Counted from the first letter of the stretch, positions 1 through 9,407 are shown. The stretch: DNA of 32,000 nt from Acaryochloris thomasi RCC1774 (GCF_003231495.1 NZ_PQWO01000001.1:450001-482000), one strand, 5' to 3'. Translations and numbers: made by a program. The notes: generated from the letters alone by a model not told the origin.

Positions 1-1917
1 ATTAACTCAGCCAGTCTCTATCGATACATTGCTAAACCCTGGGATGAGACAGATTTAGGGCTGACCGTCAAAGGCGCACTCCAGAGCTTTCAGCAAGACC
101 AGCAGCTCCTCGATCAAAACAAGGCTCTTCGTCAGGTTAATCAACGGCTTCAGCAAGAAATAAATGAACGACAGCAGATGCAGCAGCAACTGCTCAAAAG
201 TGAGCAGCGCCTAGAAAGCATCCTTGGTTCGCTCGAAGACATTGTTTGGTCAGTGTCTGTGGAAACCCGCGAGCTAGAGTACCTCAATCCCGCCGTTGAG
301 AAGGTGTATGGTCGCACCGCTGCTGAATTCTTTCAAAACCCTACTCTCTGGCTAGAAGTGGTCCACCCTGACGATCAGCTTCGCGTTCAGCATACGCGCC
401 AGTCTTGGTTTGAGGTAGGTAGCCTAAACTTAGAGTACCGAATTATTCGGCCCAACGGTGACATCCGCTGGCTCAGAGATCGCGGTCGCGTCATTGTCGA
501 CAACAGCGGAATTCCGCTGCGGCTCGATGGCATTACCTATGACATCACAGAGCAAAAGCTAGCCCAGTCTCAGATCCAGTACGATGCACTGCATGATGGA
601 TTGACGGGGCTTCCGAATCGCACCCTACTGCTAGACCGCATTGATCAAGCTTTCAAGCGCCACCAGCGAGAACCCAACTACAAATTTTCGCTCTTATTTA
701 TTGACTTAGATCGCTTTAAGGTTGTCAACGATAGTCTGGGACATGCTCTGGGCGATCAGCTGCTGATTTTTATCTCACAGCTGCTACAAAATTGTGTGCG
801 GCGCACGGATACAGTCGCGCGTCTCGGGGGAGATGAGTTCACTATTTTGCTGGATGGCTTAGTCGATCCAACTGATTCGACGGATGCGGCGGGGCGCATT
901 CTGTTAGAACTCACAGCTCCCATTCAGCTAGAGGGGCATACGGTGTTCACGGGGGCCAGTATTGGCATTGTACTGTCGTCTATCGATTATCGAGATAGTG
1001 CTGCGTTGCTGCGTGATGCTGATATTGCCATGTATCGTGCCAAAGCTTTGGGGAAGGCGCGTTATGTGGTCTTCAATTCACAAATGTATGATCAAACCCG
1101 TGAGCTGCAGCAGCTTGAGCGTGATTTGCGGTTAGCCTGTGATGGTCTCCGCGTGGCCGACTCCCAGGGGCAGAGTACTGTCAGCAGCGAGTTTAGGCTA
1201 CAGTATCAGCCGATTGTTTCGCTTACGACCGATCAGCCCACGAGCTTTGAAGCCTTAGTCCGATGGCAGCATCCTCAGCGAGGTTTGGTGTCCCCGGCGG
1301 ATTTTATACCGCTGGCAGAAGATACAGGACTCATTGTCCCACTCGGACATTGGGTTTTACTGACGGCCTGTCGGCAGATTCGATGTCTTTTAGATCAATA
1401 TCCAGAGCTGCCGCCCTTCAGCGTTAGCGTCAATCTTGCCAGTCAGCAACTCCAGGATCCCCGGTTCCTTGAAGACCTCGATCACATTTTGACCCTCACT
1501 CAGATCGAAGGCCGCTATCTAAAGCTAGAGCTGACGGAAAGCATGTTGATGGATCATGCCGATGCCACTATTGATATGCTAAAGCAGATTCGCGATCGCA
1601 ACATTCAGCTGAGCCTCGACGATTTTGGCACCGGGTACTCCTCTCTTAGCTATCTACACCGCTTTCCCCTCGATACCCTGAAAATTGACCGCTCCTTTGT
1701 CAGTCGGATGCAGACCAGTCCTGAAGATTTTGAGATCATTCGCACCATCATCACCTTGGCCCACACCCTCGGCATGAACGTTGTTGCCGAAGGCATTGAG
1801 TCCATCGAACAAAAAAATCAGCTTGCTGCCCTGAGCTGTGACCAAGGCCAAGGGTACTTGTTTTCTAAACCGCTCACTGCAGATGCAATGGCGTTGCAAT
1901 TTGCTGCCCCTGCTTAA
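1..1917 (+). CDS. Signalling protein with REC (C-terminal end only), PAS, GGDEF and EAL domains (c-di-GMP turnover); 5' end lies outside the window
   Basis: Frame 1 is open from base 1, with no stop before the first ATG at 178. Bases 1-60 encode ..YRYIAKPWDETDL.., which looks like the end of a receiver domain. This is followed by a Q-rich coiled linker and a PAS/PAC region (DIVWSV..YRIIRPNGDIRWL). The GGDEF signature is intact (RLGGDEFTILL), as are the EAL signatures (FEALVRW, DDFGTGYSSLSYL, QGYLFSKP). Confidence 0.85.
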   Translation: MNSASLYRYIAKPWDETDLGLTVKGALQSFQQDQQLLDQNKALRQVNQRLQQEINERQQMQQQLLKSEQRLESILGSLEDIVWSVSVETRELEYLNPAVEKVYGRTAAEFFQNPTLWLEVVHPDDQLRVQHTRQSWFEVGSLNLEYRIIRPNGDIRWLRDRGRVIVDNSGIPLRLDGITYDITEQKLAQSQIQYDALHDGLTGLPNRTLLLDRIDQAFKRHQREPNYKFSLLFIDLDRFKVVNDSLGHALGDQLLIFISQLLQNCVRRTDTVARLGGDEFTILLDGLVDPTDSTDAAGRILLELTAPIQLEGHTVFTGASIGIVLSSIDYRDSAALLRDADIAMYRAKALGKARYVVFNSQMYDQTRELQQLERDLRLACDGLRVADSQGQSTVSSEFRLQYQPIVSLTTDQPTSFEALVRWQHPQRGLVSPADFIPLAEDTGLIVPLGHWVLLTACRQIRCLLDQYPELPPFSVSVNLASQQLQDPRFLEDLDHILTLTQIEGRYLKLELTESMLMDHADATIDMLKQIRDRNIQLSLDDFGTGYSSLSYLHRFPLDTLKIDRSFVSRMQTSPEDFEIIRTIITLAHTLGMNVVAEGIESIEQKNQLAALSCDQGQGYLFSKPLTADAMALQFAAPA

Positions 1918-2017
1918 AGGTTCCAACCTGCATCATGCGTTATCGCATCCCTCACAAATCCAGTACAGTAGAGGAGCAATGAGTTGCGGCTCGTTAGCTG
2001 CCGTGAGAGCCAGAACT

Positions 2018-2341
2018 ATGTCTGAGAGTGATGTACCCAAGCCGACCAATGGACAGTCCGCGACTGTCCATCCGCTTCAATGCCTGACTGGAGCCATGGT
2101 CGCTAGTATTTTTGCCCTGCTTCTCTACCGGTTAACCCGCAACATTGCAACGTCCTTCGCGGCTCACCCTCTGAGCGTTAACAATCAAACAGCTGCAAGC
2201 CTCTCTGTGGCGGTACGGACCTTGGTCGTTGGCATGAGCACCTTAGCAACTTCTATTTTTGCCCTAGCGGCTCTAGGGCTCCTGGGTTTGGGTCTTCAGC
2301 TCATTTGGCAGCGTATCCTTGCCCCAAAATCTTCGGTTTAA
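2018..2341 (+). CDS. Small membrane protein, DUF3082-like (family assignment from memory)
   Basis: The ATG at 2018 is in frame within ORF 1838..2341 and is the first start that clears the upstream EAL gene. The product has two hydrophobic helices (GAMVASIFALLLYRL; LATSIFALAALGLLGLGLQLIW). Confidence 0.5.
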   Translation: MSESDVPKPTNGQSATVHPLQCLTGAMVASIFALLLYRLTRNIATSFAAHPLSVNNQTAASLSVAVRTLVVGMSTLATSIFALAALGLLGLGLQLIWQRILAPKSSV

Positions 2342-2367
2342 GTTGGAACGCAATCCCTGAACCTCGC

Positions 2368-2411
2368 GGCAGGAAGCGGGCCGAGAAGCCATAGTTCGGA
2401 GCTCGCCTGCC
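2368..2411 (+). terminator. Imperfect GC-rich hairpin downstream of the DUF3082-like gene (possible terminator)
   Basis: GGCAGG (2368-2373) pairs with CCTGCC (2406-2411), with further inner pairing (GCGGGC / GCTCGC with one G-U). There is no clean U-run after it. Confidence 0.3.
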
Positions 2412-2624
2412 CTCTATCTATTGCATACTTTCACTGGGTGCTGCAGAGGCCCGTGGATTACCGCAATCAAGACTGTTTTATAAAAAGGATTGCAGCGGAC
2501 CCTATCCAGAGGGGGCAATCCCCTAGTAATATCATTAAGGGGCAGGTCGTTTGAGATTGCAGACGATTAGGGTTTATGCCTAGAGCCACTTGTAGCGACA
2601 TTGAAGCAGAAGGAAGTCATCGAT

Positions 2625-3629
2625 ATGATCAGCAAGCCAGAACGTGTGGTTCTCATCGGCGTTGCCGGAGATTCGGGATGTGGTAAATCTACCTTTCTGC
2701 AACGGCTTGAAGATCTCTTCGGTGCAGAATTCATGACCGTGATTTGCCTAGACGATTACCATAGCCTCGATCGTAAACAGCGCAAAGAGACCGGTATTAC
2801 CGCCCTCGATCCTCGGGCCAATAACTTTGATCTCATGTATGAGCAGATCAAGGCGCTGAAAAATAATCAAGCCATCGATAAGCCGATTTATAACCACGAA
2901 ACAGGCGAGCTTGATCCTCCTGAACGGATTGACCCAAATCATATTGTGGTGATTGAGGGGCTGCATCCACTCCACGATGAACGCGTACGCGGCCTCATCG
3001 ACTTCAGCGTCTACCTCGACATCAGTGACGAAGTCAAAATTTCATGGAAGATTCAGCGGGATATGGCTGAGCGAGGCCATACCTATGACGACATTTTGGC
3101 CTCCATCAACGCCCGTCGTCCTGACTTTGACGCTTATATTGACCCTCAGAAGCAACATGCTGACGTTGTGATTCAGATTTTGCCCACTCAGCTCCTAGAA
3201 GAAGAAAAGCCCGGAGAAATCCTGCGAGTGCGGCTCATTCAGAAGGAAGATGTCAAAGACTTTGACCCCGTCTACCTATTTGATGAAGGCTCTACGATTA
3301 ATTGGGTGCCCTGCGGCCGGAAGCTCACCTGCTCCTATCCCGGTATCCGCATGTTCTACGGTCCCGATGACTACTATGGCAACAGCGTCTCGGTCCTAGA
3401 GGTGGATGGCCAATTTGAGAAGCTGGATGAGGTCATTTATATTGAGAGCCATTTGAGTAATACTTCTGCTAAGCACTATGGCGAGATGACTGAGCTACTG
3501 CTCAAGCATCGTGACTATCCAGGATCAAACAACGGTTCAGGTCTGTTCCAGGTGCTAACGGGTCTGAAGATGCGGTCAACTTACGAGCGTTTGATCTCAG
3601 ATAAGTCTCAGGAGAAAGCGGCGGTCTAA
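2625..3629 (+). CDS. prk: Phosphoribulokinase
   Basis: The N-terminus has the P-loop VLIGVAGDSGCGKSTF. DDYHSLDR, EGLHPL and DFSVYLDISDEVKISWKIQRD are typical PRK blocks. I prefer the ATG at 2625 over the TTG at 2601 because AGGAAG (2611-2616) precedes it. Confidence 0.93.
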   Translation: MISKPERVVLIGVAGDSGCGKSTFLQRLEDLFGAEFMTVICLDDYHSLDRKQRKETGITALDPRANNFDLMYEQIKALKNNQAIDKPIYNHETGELDPPERIDPNHIVVIEGLHPLHDERVRGLIDFSVYLDISDEVKISWKIQRDMAERGHTYDDILASINARRPDFDAYIDPQKQHADVVIQILPTQLLEEEKPGEILRVRLIQKEDVKDFDPVYLFDEGSTINWVPCGRKLTCSYPGIRMFYGPDDYYGNSVSVLEVDGQFEKLDEVIYIESHLSNTSAKHYGEMTELLLKHRDYPGSNNGSGLFQVLTGLKMRSTYERLISDKSQEKAAV

Positions 3630-3664
3630 GCAAAAGAGCATCCTGCTCCATCGCTGTCTTTGCC

Positions 3665-4399
3665 TCATCGTCTCTGCAGTTTTTGCATCGTCATAACCGA
3701 TTCATCAAGGGTCCGAATGCGGGTCTCTTGGCTAAAGACGTTGACCTGAAAGACGTACTGCTGATCAAAGTCAAGGGCCGTCAGCCAGCCACTGTTAGGG
3801 TGGTAGGCACCTGTCTCAATGTTGAGCCAACCAGGGCCTTGGGCAATCTGGCCTGGATCGATGCCTGGCAAGGTAAAGGTAATGGTATGCCCGGTGATGA
3901 TCAGCTTGTCAGGGAAATAGCGTTTTTTGGCACTGTGGAAGTCTGAACGAATCCAGCAAAACTCTTGCTCAGTTTGCGATTTGAGGGGTAAGCGGGGATT
4001 GACGCCCGCATGCACCAGCCACAGGTCGCCGAGGTCGAGATGCGTGGGCAGTGTTCTCATCCACTCAGCGTCGGTTTTCAGGTCGTCGATGCTGGTGTAG
4101 CTATCGAGGGTTGGCTGTCCTCCACAGTGGATCCAGGACTGCAGGGCCATGAAGTCTGGCTCTTCGCCGGGGAAGGCCATCACCATCAGGTGTTCATGGT
4201 TGCCCAGCAAACAGGTATGACCGCTATTTTTAACGAAGTCAACAATCTGAGCGCTATCGGGGCCTCGATCAATGAGATCGCCGAGGAAATAAACTTGGTC
4301 AGTTTCCTGCAGAGTGAGCAGGTCTAACAACTCCATCAGGCCGCGATAATGGCCGTGGACATCGCCAATCATAATTCTGCGTTGCGACTCCGCCATATT
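3665..4399 (-). CDS. PPP-family metallophosphoesterase (PrpA/ApaH-like Ser/Thr phosphatase or diadenosine tetraphosphatase)
   Basis: The motifs GDVHGH, GDLIDRGPDS and GNHE appear in the canonical order. I chose the ATG at 4399 (MAESQRRIMIGDVHG) over the upstream non-ATG start at 4429. Confidence 0.8.
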   Translation of the reverse strand, partial: NMAESQRRIMIGDVHGHYRGLMELLDLLTLQETDQVYFLGDLIDRGPDSAQIVDFVKNSGHTCLLGNHEHLMVMAFPGEEPDFMALQSWIHCGGQPTLDSYTSIDDLKTDAEWMRTLPTHLDLGDLWLVHAGVNPRLPLKSQTEQEFCWIRSDFHSAKKRYFPDKLIITGHTITFTLPGIDPGQIAQGPGWLNIETGAYHPNSGWLTALDFDQQYVFQVNVFSQETRIRTLDESVMTMQKLQRR

Positions 4400-4558
4400 T
4401 TGCCTTCGCTCCGGTTTGCTGTATTGCACAATACAGGGTGTTTCCAGTATGCCCGATCCCTTGAGGTGTCACCAGTCTGATCGGTTGTGTCGTGCTCCAA
4501 GATCGCGCATGATAGATGCTCTGCCTAATTGGCATTTGTCTCATGTTGTTTATGTTGT

Positions 4559-4927
4559 ATGGATTGCTTGCACCTTGGCGGCCTGCGCTGCTATGGCTAC
4601 ACTGGCGCTTTGCCAGAGGAACAGGTTCTGGGTCAGTGGTTCGAGGTTGACCTAAAGCTGTGGCTAGATCTCGCTCTGGCAGGCGCTAGTGACAGCTTGG
4701 CCGATACGCTGGATTACCGTGAGGTGATTAATGAGGTCCAGATCCTCATCCAAACGGAGAAATTTAATTTAATTGAGCGTTTGGCAGATGCGATCGCAAC
4801 TCAAACCCTCACCCACAAAAAAATTCAGCAGGTCCAGGTTAGACTCACGAAAGTAACCCCACCGATCCCAAACTATACGGGCAACATTACGGTGGAGCTG
4901 ATGAGATCGCAACCGGATGCTCTCTAG
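4559..4927 (+). CDS. folB: Dihydroneopterin aldolase
   Basis: MDCLHLGGLRCYGYTGALPEEQVLGQWFEVDL..DTLDYREV..LIERLA matches the FolB fold signature. The product is about 120 aa. The start is taken at the internal ATG at 4559. Confidence 0.85.
   Translation: MDCLHLGGLRCYGYTGALPEEQVLGQWFEVDLKLWLDLALAGASDSLADTLDYREVINEVQILIQTEKFNLIERLADAIATQTLTHKKIQQVQVRLTKVTPPIPNYTGNITVELMRSQPDAL
4790..4797. repeat. HIP1 (GCGATCGC) highly iterated palindrome, representative copy
   Basis: I verified copies starting at 1592, 4790, 5290, 9358, 11591, 15266, 20930, 24326 and 25636, and more are visible. A given palindromic 8-mer is expected about 0.5 times in 32 kb. Confidence 0.9.
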
Positions 4928-4930
4928 TCC

Positions 4931-7408
4931 GTGGCTTTGACTGACCCCCAACCTTTTTCTAACAGCCGTGGCCCCTTCGTAGAGGTACTGGTGGACTGTC
5001 CTGGTGCTGAGAAGCTGTTCACCTATCGGCTGCCGCCGGGCCTAACGATCCAGACCGGCGATATTCTCAGTGTTCCCTTCGGACCGCAAACAGTTGGCGG
5101 CATTGCCATTCGCTGCTTTGCTGATCTGCCAGAGGCGCTTGCCACGGCCCAGATTCGAGAGGTCGTCGATCTCGTCAGTCCCAGTCTTTTCCCAGACAAT
5201 TACTGGTCGCTCTTAGAGCGGGTGGCACAGTACTATCATGCGCCGCTGATGGCAGTGATTCGCGTAGCGCTGCCGCCGGGATTGCTGATGCGATCGCAAC
5301 GTCGAATCCGTTTAAGCCAACGCTCCATAGAGACTCAGACCCTAACGCCCACCGCTCAAAAGCTGATCGAAGTTCTACAGAACAGTCCCAACCAAGACTA
5401 CACCTGGACCTATCTACAGCGTCAGGTTAAAGGTGCCAACCAAGGTCTACGCGAACTGCGTCAGCGGGGCTATGTCGAAAGCTATGTGCAACCCCAGTCC
5501 CATGCCCAACCCAAGCGTCAACAGGTTGTCACCTTATTGAGCAGCGCCGCACCTGATCTGACCTCAAGGCAACAAGAAGTCCTAGTCGTTTTGCAACAGC
5601 AGGGCGGAGAAATGTGGCTGCAGCCCTTTACCGAGCTGTGCCATACAACCCCGAAAACGCTGAAGACCCTTGAAGAAAAGGGCTGCGTTGCCATCACCCT
5701 CCAAGAGCGCTTACGCCTGGAGCAGAGTCCCTTTGAGTCTGACCAAGCTCAGACCTTAACCCCTGATCAAGAGCAGGCATTGGCCGTCATCCAGGACTTG
5801 CAGGGCTATCATCAAGTCCTGCTGCACGGTGTCACTGGCTCAGGAAAAACAGAAGTCTATCTACAGGCCATTGCCCCTACCTTAAAGCGGGGACAATCCG
5901 TGCTGGTGCTAGTGCCTGAGATAGGATTGACGCCCCAGTTAACCGATCGCTTTCGGGCTAGGTTTGGCGATCGTGTCTGTGTCTACCACAGCGCCCTCTC
6001 TGATGGCGAACGCTATGACACTTGGCGACAGATGCTAACCGAGACCGCTCAAGTTGTCATTGGTACCCGCTCCGCAATCTTTTCACCCTTGCCTAATTTG
6101 GGCATGGTGATCCTTGATGAAGAACATGATACTGGCTACAAGCAAGATCGCCCTGCTCCCTGCTACCACGCCCGAACCGTTGCCCGCTGGCGAGCAGAAG
6201 CCGAAGACTGCCCGCTCATTCTTGGTTCTGCGACCCCCTCCCTCGAAAGCTGGGCCACATCACAACATCTCTTGCCCCACACAAAATCTGAGCCATCCAA
6301 TCATCACTATCTGTCGCTGCCCCAGCGCGTCCACGCTCGTCCCATGCCACCCATCTCCATTGTGGATATGCGGCAGGAACTAGAGCAGGGCAATCGTTCC
6401 CTGTTCAGCCGTAAGCTCCAGGCCGGTTTACAACAGCTCCACAGTGGGCAGCAGGGGCTCCTGTTTATTCATCGGCGGGGGCACAGTACCTTTGTCTCCT
6501 GTCGGAGCTGTGGCTACGTGGTTGAGTGTCCGCACTGCAGCGTATCGCTGACCTACCACCATAATGCTGACATCAAGCAGCCCCTGCTGCGCTGTCACTA
6601 CTGCAACTTTACCCAGACTCAGCCTGCCCAATGTCCTGACTGCAGCTCTCCCTACTTCCGCTTTTTCGGTAGTGGAACGCAGCGGGTCATTGAAGATCTC
6701 AATCGCCAGTTCCCGGACCTACGGGTTTTACGATTTGATAGCGATACCACTCGCCGCAAAGGTGCCCACCGTCAGTTATTAGATCGATTTGCTGCCGGAG
6801 AAGCCGATCTGATGGTCGGAACTCAAATGCTCACGAAGGGCATTGATTTACCCCAAGTTCGGTTTGTCGGCGTTTTAGCCGCAGATAGTCTCCTAAATCT
6901 GCCCGACTTCCGGGCCAGCGAGCGCACCTTCCAAACGCTGCTGCAGGTAGCAGGGCGAGCCGGACGCGGTGAGCATCCGGGACAGGTGATCATGCAAACC
7001 TACAATCCTGACCATCCTGTTATTCAGGCCGTGCAGCGCTATGCCTATGAAACCACCGTAGACTCAGAACTTCAGCAGCGCGCAGCCTTACAGTACCCTC
7101 CCTACGGACAGCTCATTGTGCTGCGCCTCAGCAGCCCTAGTGAAGAACGCGTTGAACAAACAGCACAGGCCATCGCCACCTATCTGGTCAAACAAATCGA
7201 AGCGCTTGGCCTAGAAGCCGCCGTTTTAGGGCCTGCACCTGCCAATATTCTGCGTGTCGCGCGTCGATATCGCTGGCAAGTCTTGCTGAAGCTGCCAGCC
7301 ATCGTTGACGGCATGCCTGCCTGGACCTTGCCTACCTCAGAACTACAGGCCCGTTGCCCCAAGGATGTCAGACTAGCCATAGATGTAGATCCCCTGACCC
7401 TACTGTGA
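4931..7408 (+). CDS. priA: Primosomal protein N' (replication restart helicase)
   Basis: Walker A is GVTGSGKTEVY and the DEEH box is LDEEHD. A Cys-rich zinc cluster is present (CRSCGYVVECPHCSVSLTYH..CHYCNF..CPDCSS). The GTG start lies 3 nt after the folB stop. Confidence 0.93.
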   Translation: MALTDPQPFSNSRGPFVEVLVDCPGAEKLFTYRLPPGLTIQTGDILSVPFGPQTVGGIAIRCFADLPEALATAQIREVVDLVSPSLFPDNYWSLLERVAQYYHAPLMAVIRVALPPGLLMRSQRRIRLSQRSIETQTLTPTAQKLIEVLQNSPNQDYTWTYLQRQVKGANQGLRELRQRGYVESYVQPQSHAQPKRQQVVTLLSSAAPDLTSRQQEVLVVLQQQGGEMWLQPFTELCHTTPKTLKTLEEKGCVAITLQERLRLEQSPFESDQAQTLTPDQEQALAVIQDLQGYHQVLLHGVTGSGKTEVYLQAIAPTLKRGQSVLVLVPEIGLTPQLTDRFRARFGDRVCVYHSALSDGERYDTWRQMLTETAQVVIGTRSAIFSPLPNLGMVILDEEHDTGYKQDRPAPCYHARTVARWRAEAEDCPLILGSATPSLESWATSQHLLPHTKSEPSNHHYLSLPQRVHARPMPPISIVDMRQELEQGNRSLFSRKLQAGLQQLHSGQQGLLFIHRRGHSTFVSCRSCGYVVECPHCSVSLTYHHNADIKQPLLRCHYCNFTQTQPAQCPDCSSPYFRFFGSGTQRVIEDLNRQFPDLRVLRFDSDTTRRKGAHRQLLDRFAAGEADLMVGTQMLTKGIDLPQVRFVGVLAADSLLNLPDFRASERTFQTLLQVAGRAGRGEHPGQVIMQTYNPDHPVIQAVQRYAYETTVDSELQQRAALQYPPYGQLIVLRLSSPSEERVEQTAQAIATYLVKQIEALGLEAAVLGPAPANILRVARRYRWQVLLKLPAIVDGMPAWTLPTSELQARCPKDVRLAIDVDPLTLL

Positions 7409-7425
7409 TTGATGAGGACATCGTG

Positions 7426-7833
7426 ATGCAAACCCAGACGGCACAGGCATTTAGTCAAGCAATTGCTGACTCTGCTGAGCTTCAGGCCAGAATTCGATCA
7501 ATGACCTCTGTGGGTGAATTGATGGCTTTAACTCGTGAACTGGGCTTTCAGTTTACCGGTGATGACCTGAAAAGCTTGGCCCAGCAGGCCTATCAACAGT
7601 GGCTGAGTGATCTTCAACCCCGGAGTCGTCCATTTTTCGAACGCCTTCATGCTGATGAGCCATTAACGAAGCGACATCAAGACTGCCATTCACCAGATGA
7701 TGTGATTGCCCTGGCAGCAGAATATGACTTTGACCTCACAGAGGCGGACCTGCAACAAGCAGCTCAAGCGGCAGCATCTCAAGATGGCTTTAGCTTTGAA
7801 AAACTCTGGTTCAAAAACCTTGGAATGATTTAG
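7426..7833 (+). CDS. Protein with two tandem Nif11-like domains
   Basis: Residues 1-55 (AFSQAIADSAELQARIRSMTSVGELMALTRELGFQFTGDDL) and about 70-115 (FFERLHADEPLTKRHQDCHSPDDVIALAAEYDFDLTEADL) both fit the Nif11 / N11P-leader pattern. The ATG at 7426 lies 18 nt after the priA stop. Confidence 0.65.
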   Translation: MQTQTAQAFSQAIADSAELQARIRSMTSVGELMALTRELGFQFTGDDLKSLAQQAYQQWLSDLQPRSRPFFERLHADEPLTKRHQDCHSPDDVIALAAEYDFDLTEADLQQAAQAAASQDGFSFEKLWFKNLGMI

Positions 7834-7838
7834 CAGAT

Positions 7839-7880
7839 CCTTGAACTCTCTTGATCGTGAGCAGAGCTAGGTTCACAAGG
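7839..7880. terminator. Hairpin filling the convergent spacer between the Nif11 gene and comM
   Basis: CCTTG (7839-7843) pairs with CAAGG (7876-7880), with inner AAC/GTT and CTCT/AGAG pairing. No U-run, so its function is uncertain. Confidence 0.3.
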
Positions 7881-9407
7881 CTACTGCAGTCGGTCAATGG
7901 TTCGGTACTGAATGGCCTCGGCCACATGAGCCGTTTGCACGTCAGTAGATTCTGCGAGGTCAGCAATGGTGCGAGCAACTTTGAGGATTCTGTCAGTGGC
8001 CCGTGCCGATAGTCCCAGGCGTCCAATGGCTGCTTCTAGTAGTTGGCGGGTTGCGTCGTCTAGGACGCACCACTTCCGTAAATGAGTGCTTTGCATTTGG
8101 GCATTGCAGTGTAGAGTCGGCTCGTCTTGGAATCGGGCTTGGGCGAGATCGCAGGCTTTCTGTACTCTCATCCGCACGGGTTCAGTGGCTTCCCCCATCG
8201 CCTGCTGTGTAATTTCAGTTGGTTTCAATCGACTGACCGCAACTTGCAGATCGATCCGGTCCATCAGCGGGCCTGATAGCTTAGCCCAGTAGTTCTCGCG
8301 CTGTCGTGGCGTACAGGTACAGGTCTGAATTGGATCGGCATAGTAGCCACAGGGGCATGGATTGGTGCTGGCCACCAGTGTAAACTCAGCCGGGAAGGTG
8401 ACCGACTGTCTGGCCCTAGAAATACTGACAAACCCATCTTCTAGTGGCTGCCGTAGGAACTCTAAAACATCTCGTTTAAATTCCGTTAGCTCATCCAAAA
8501 AAAGGATACCTCGGTGCGCCAAGGAGATTTCTCCGGGCCGTGGATAGCTGCCACCCCCTACCAATGCGGGGCCTGATGCGGAGTGGTGGGGGCTACGAAA
8601 AGGACGGTCTCGTACTAAGGTTCCGCGATCTCTAAGCAGACCAGCAACAGAGTGGACTTTAGAGACTTCTAAAGCTTCATCGAAGGCAAGCGGAGGCAAA
8701 ATGCCAGGTAGCCGTCGAGCCAGCATTGTCTTACCGCTGCCGGGGGGGCCAACGAAGACAAGATTATGACCTCCTGCTGCGGCAATTTCTAAAGCTCGGC
8801 GGGCATGGGCTTGGCCTTTAACATCTTTAAGGTCGAGCTGAGGTCTATGAAAGTATTGTGCATCGTTGCTTTGAACTTGTGCGGGCGTAGAGGCATCGGG
8901 TTGATTCAAAAAAGCACTGACTTCGGCCAGGGTCTCAAAGCCATAAACGTCTAAACCCTCGACAACGGCAGCTTCATTAGCATTTGCCAAGGGCACCACT
9001 AGACCGGCGTAGCCCATCCGTTTTGCTGCCGCTGCAATGGGCAAGACGCCCGTGACTGGCCGCAGTGCGCCATCTAACGAGACTTCACCTAAAAACAGCA
9101 CATCCCCCAAAAGCTGTGGGTCAATCTGATCAGAAGCGGCTAGAATGCCGATGCTAATGGGCAGGTCAAAGCTGGGGCCTTCTTTTCGCAGATCGGCAGG
9201 GGTTAGGTTGATCACGATTCGCCGCATGGGGAAGACAAATTCAGAGTTGCGGAGTGCAGCTCTGACTCGTTCCCGAGATTCCTGGACGGCGGCATCGGGC
9301 AGACCGACAATGACGGTACCCGGTAGTCCACCGGCGACATCAACTTCGACGCCAACTGCGATCGCATCTATTCCAATTAGAGCTGCACTCCACACCCGAG
9401 CTAGCAT
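7881..9407 (-). CDS. comM: Mg-chelatase-like AAA+ protein, YifB/ComM family
   Basis: The N-terminal region is Lon-protease-like (MLARVWSAALIGIDA..). Walker A is GPPGSGKTMLA and Walker B is ILFLDE. The cysteine cluster NPCPCGY and a C-terminal Mg_chelatase_C-like tail are present. Confidence 0.9.
   Translation of the reverse strand: MLARVWSAALIGIDAIAVGVEVDVAGGLPGTVIVGLPDAAVQESRERVRAALRNSEFVFPMRRIVINLTPADLRKEGPSFDLPISIGILAASDQIDPQLLGDVLFLGEVSLDGALRPVTGVLPIAAAAKRMGYAGLVVPLANANEAAVVEGLDVYGFETLAEVSAFLNQPDASTPAQVQSNDAQYFHRPQLDLKDVKGQAHARRALEIAAAGGHNLVFVGPPGSGKTMLARRLPGILPPLAFDEALEVSKVHSVAGLLRDRGTLVRDRPFRSPHHSASGPALVGGGSYPRPGEISLAHRGILFLDELTEFKRDVLEFLRQPLEDGFVSISRARQSVTFPAEFTLVASTNPCPCGYYADPIQTCTCTPRQRENYWAKLSGPLMDRIDLQVAVSRLKPTEITQQAMGEATEPVRMRVQKACDLAQARFQDEPTLHCNAQMQSTHLRKWCVLDDATRQLLEAAIGRLGLSARATDRILKVARTIADLAESTDVQTAHVAEAIQYRTIDRLQ

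Noticed and set aside
3-12. TAACTCAGCC near the window start, resembling the core of elements A and B (CTmACTCAGCy)
   Set aside because: It is only a 9-nt match, lies inside the coding frame of the receiver domain, and has no flanking similarity or hairpin. I consider it coincidental.
1838-2017. N-terminal 60 codons of ORF 1838..2341 overlapping the end of the EAL gene
   Set aside because: This part overlaps a well-supported CDS out of frame. The hydrophobic DUF3082-like part only starts after the ATG at 2018.
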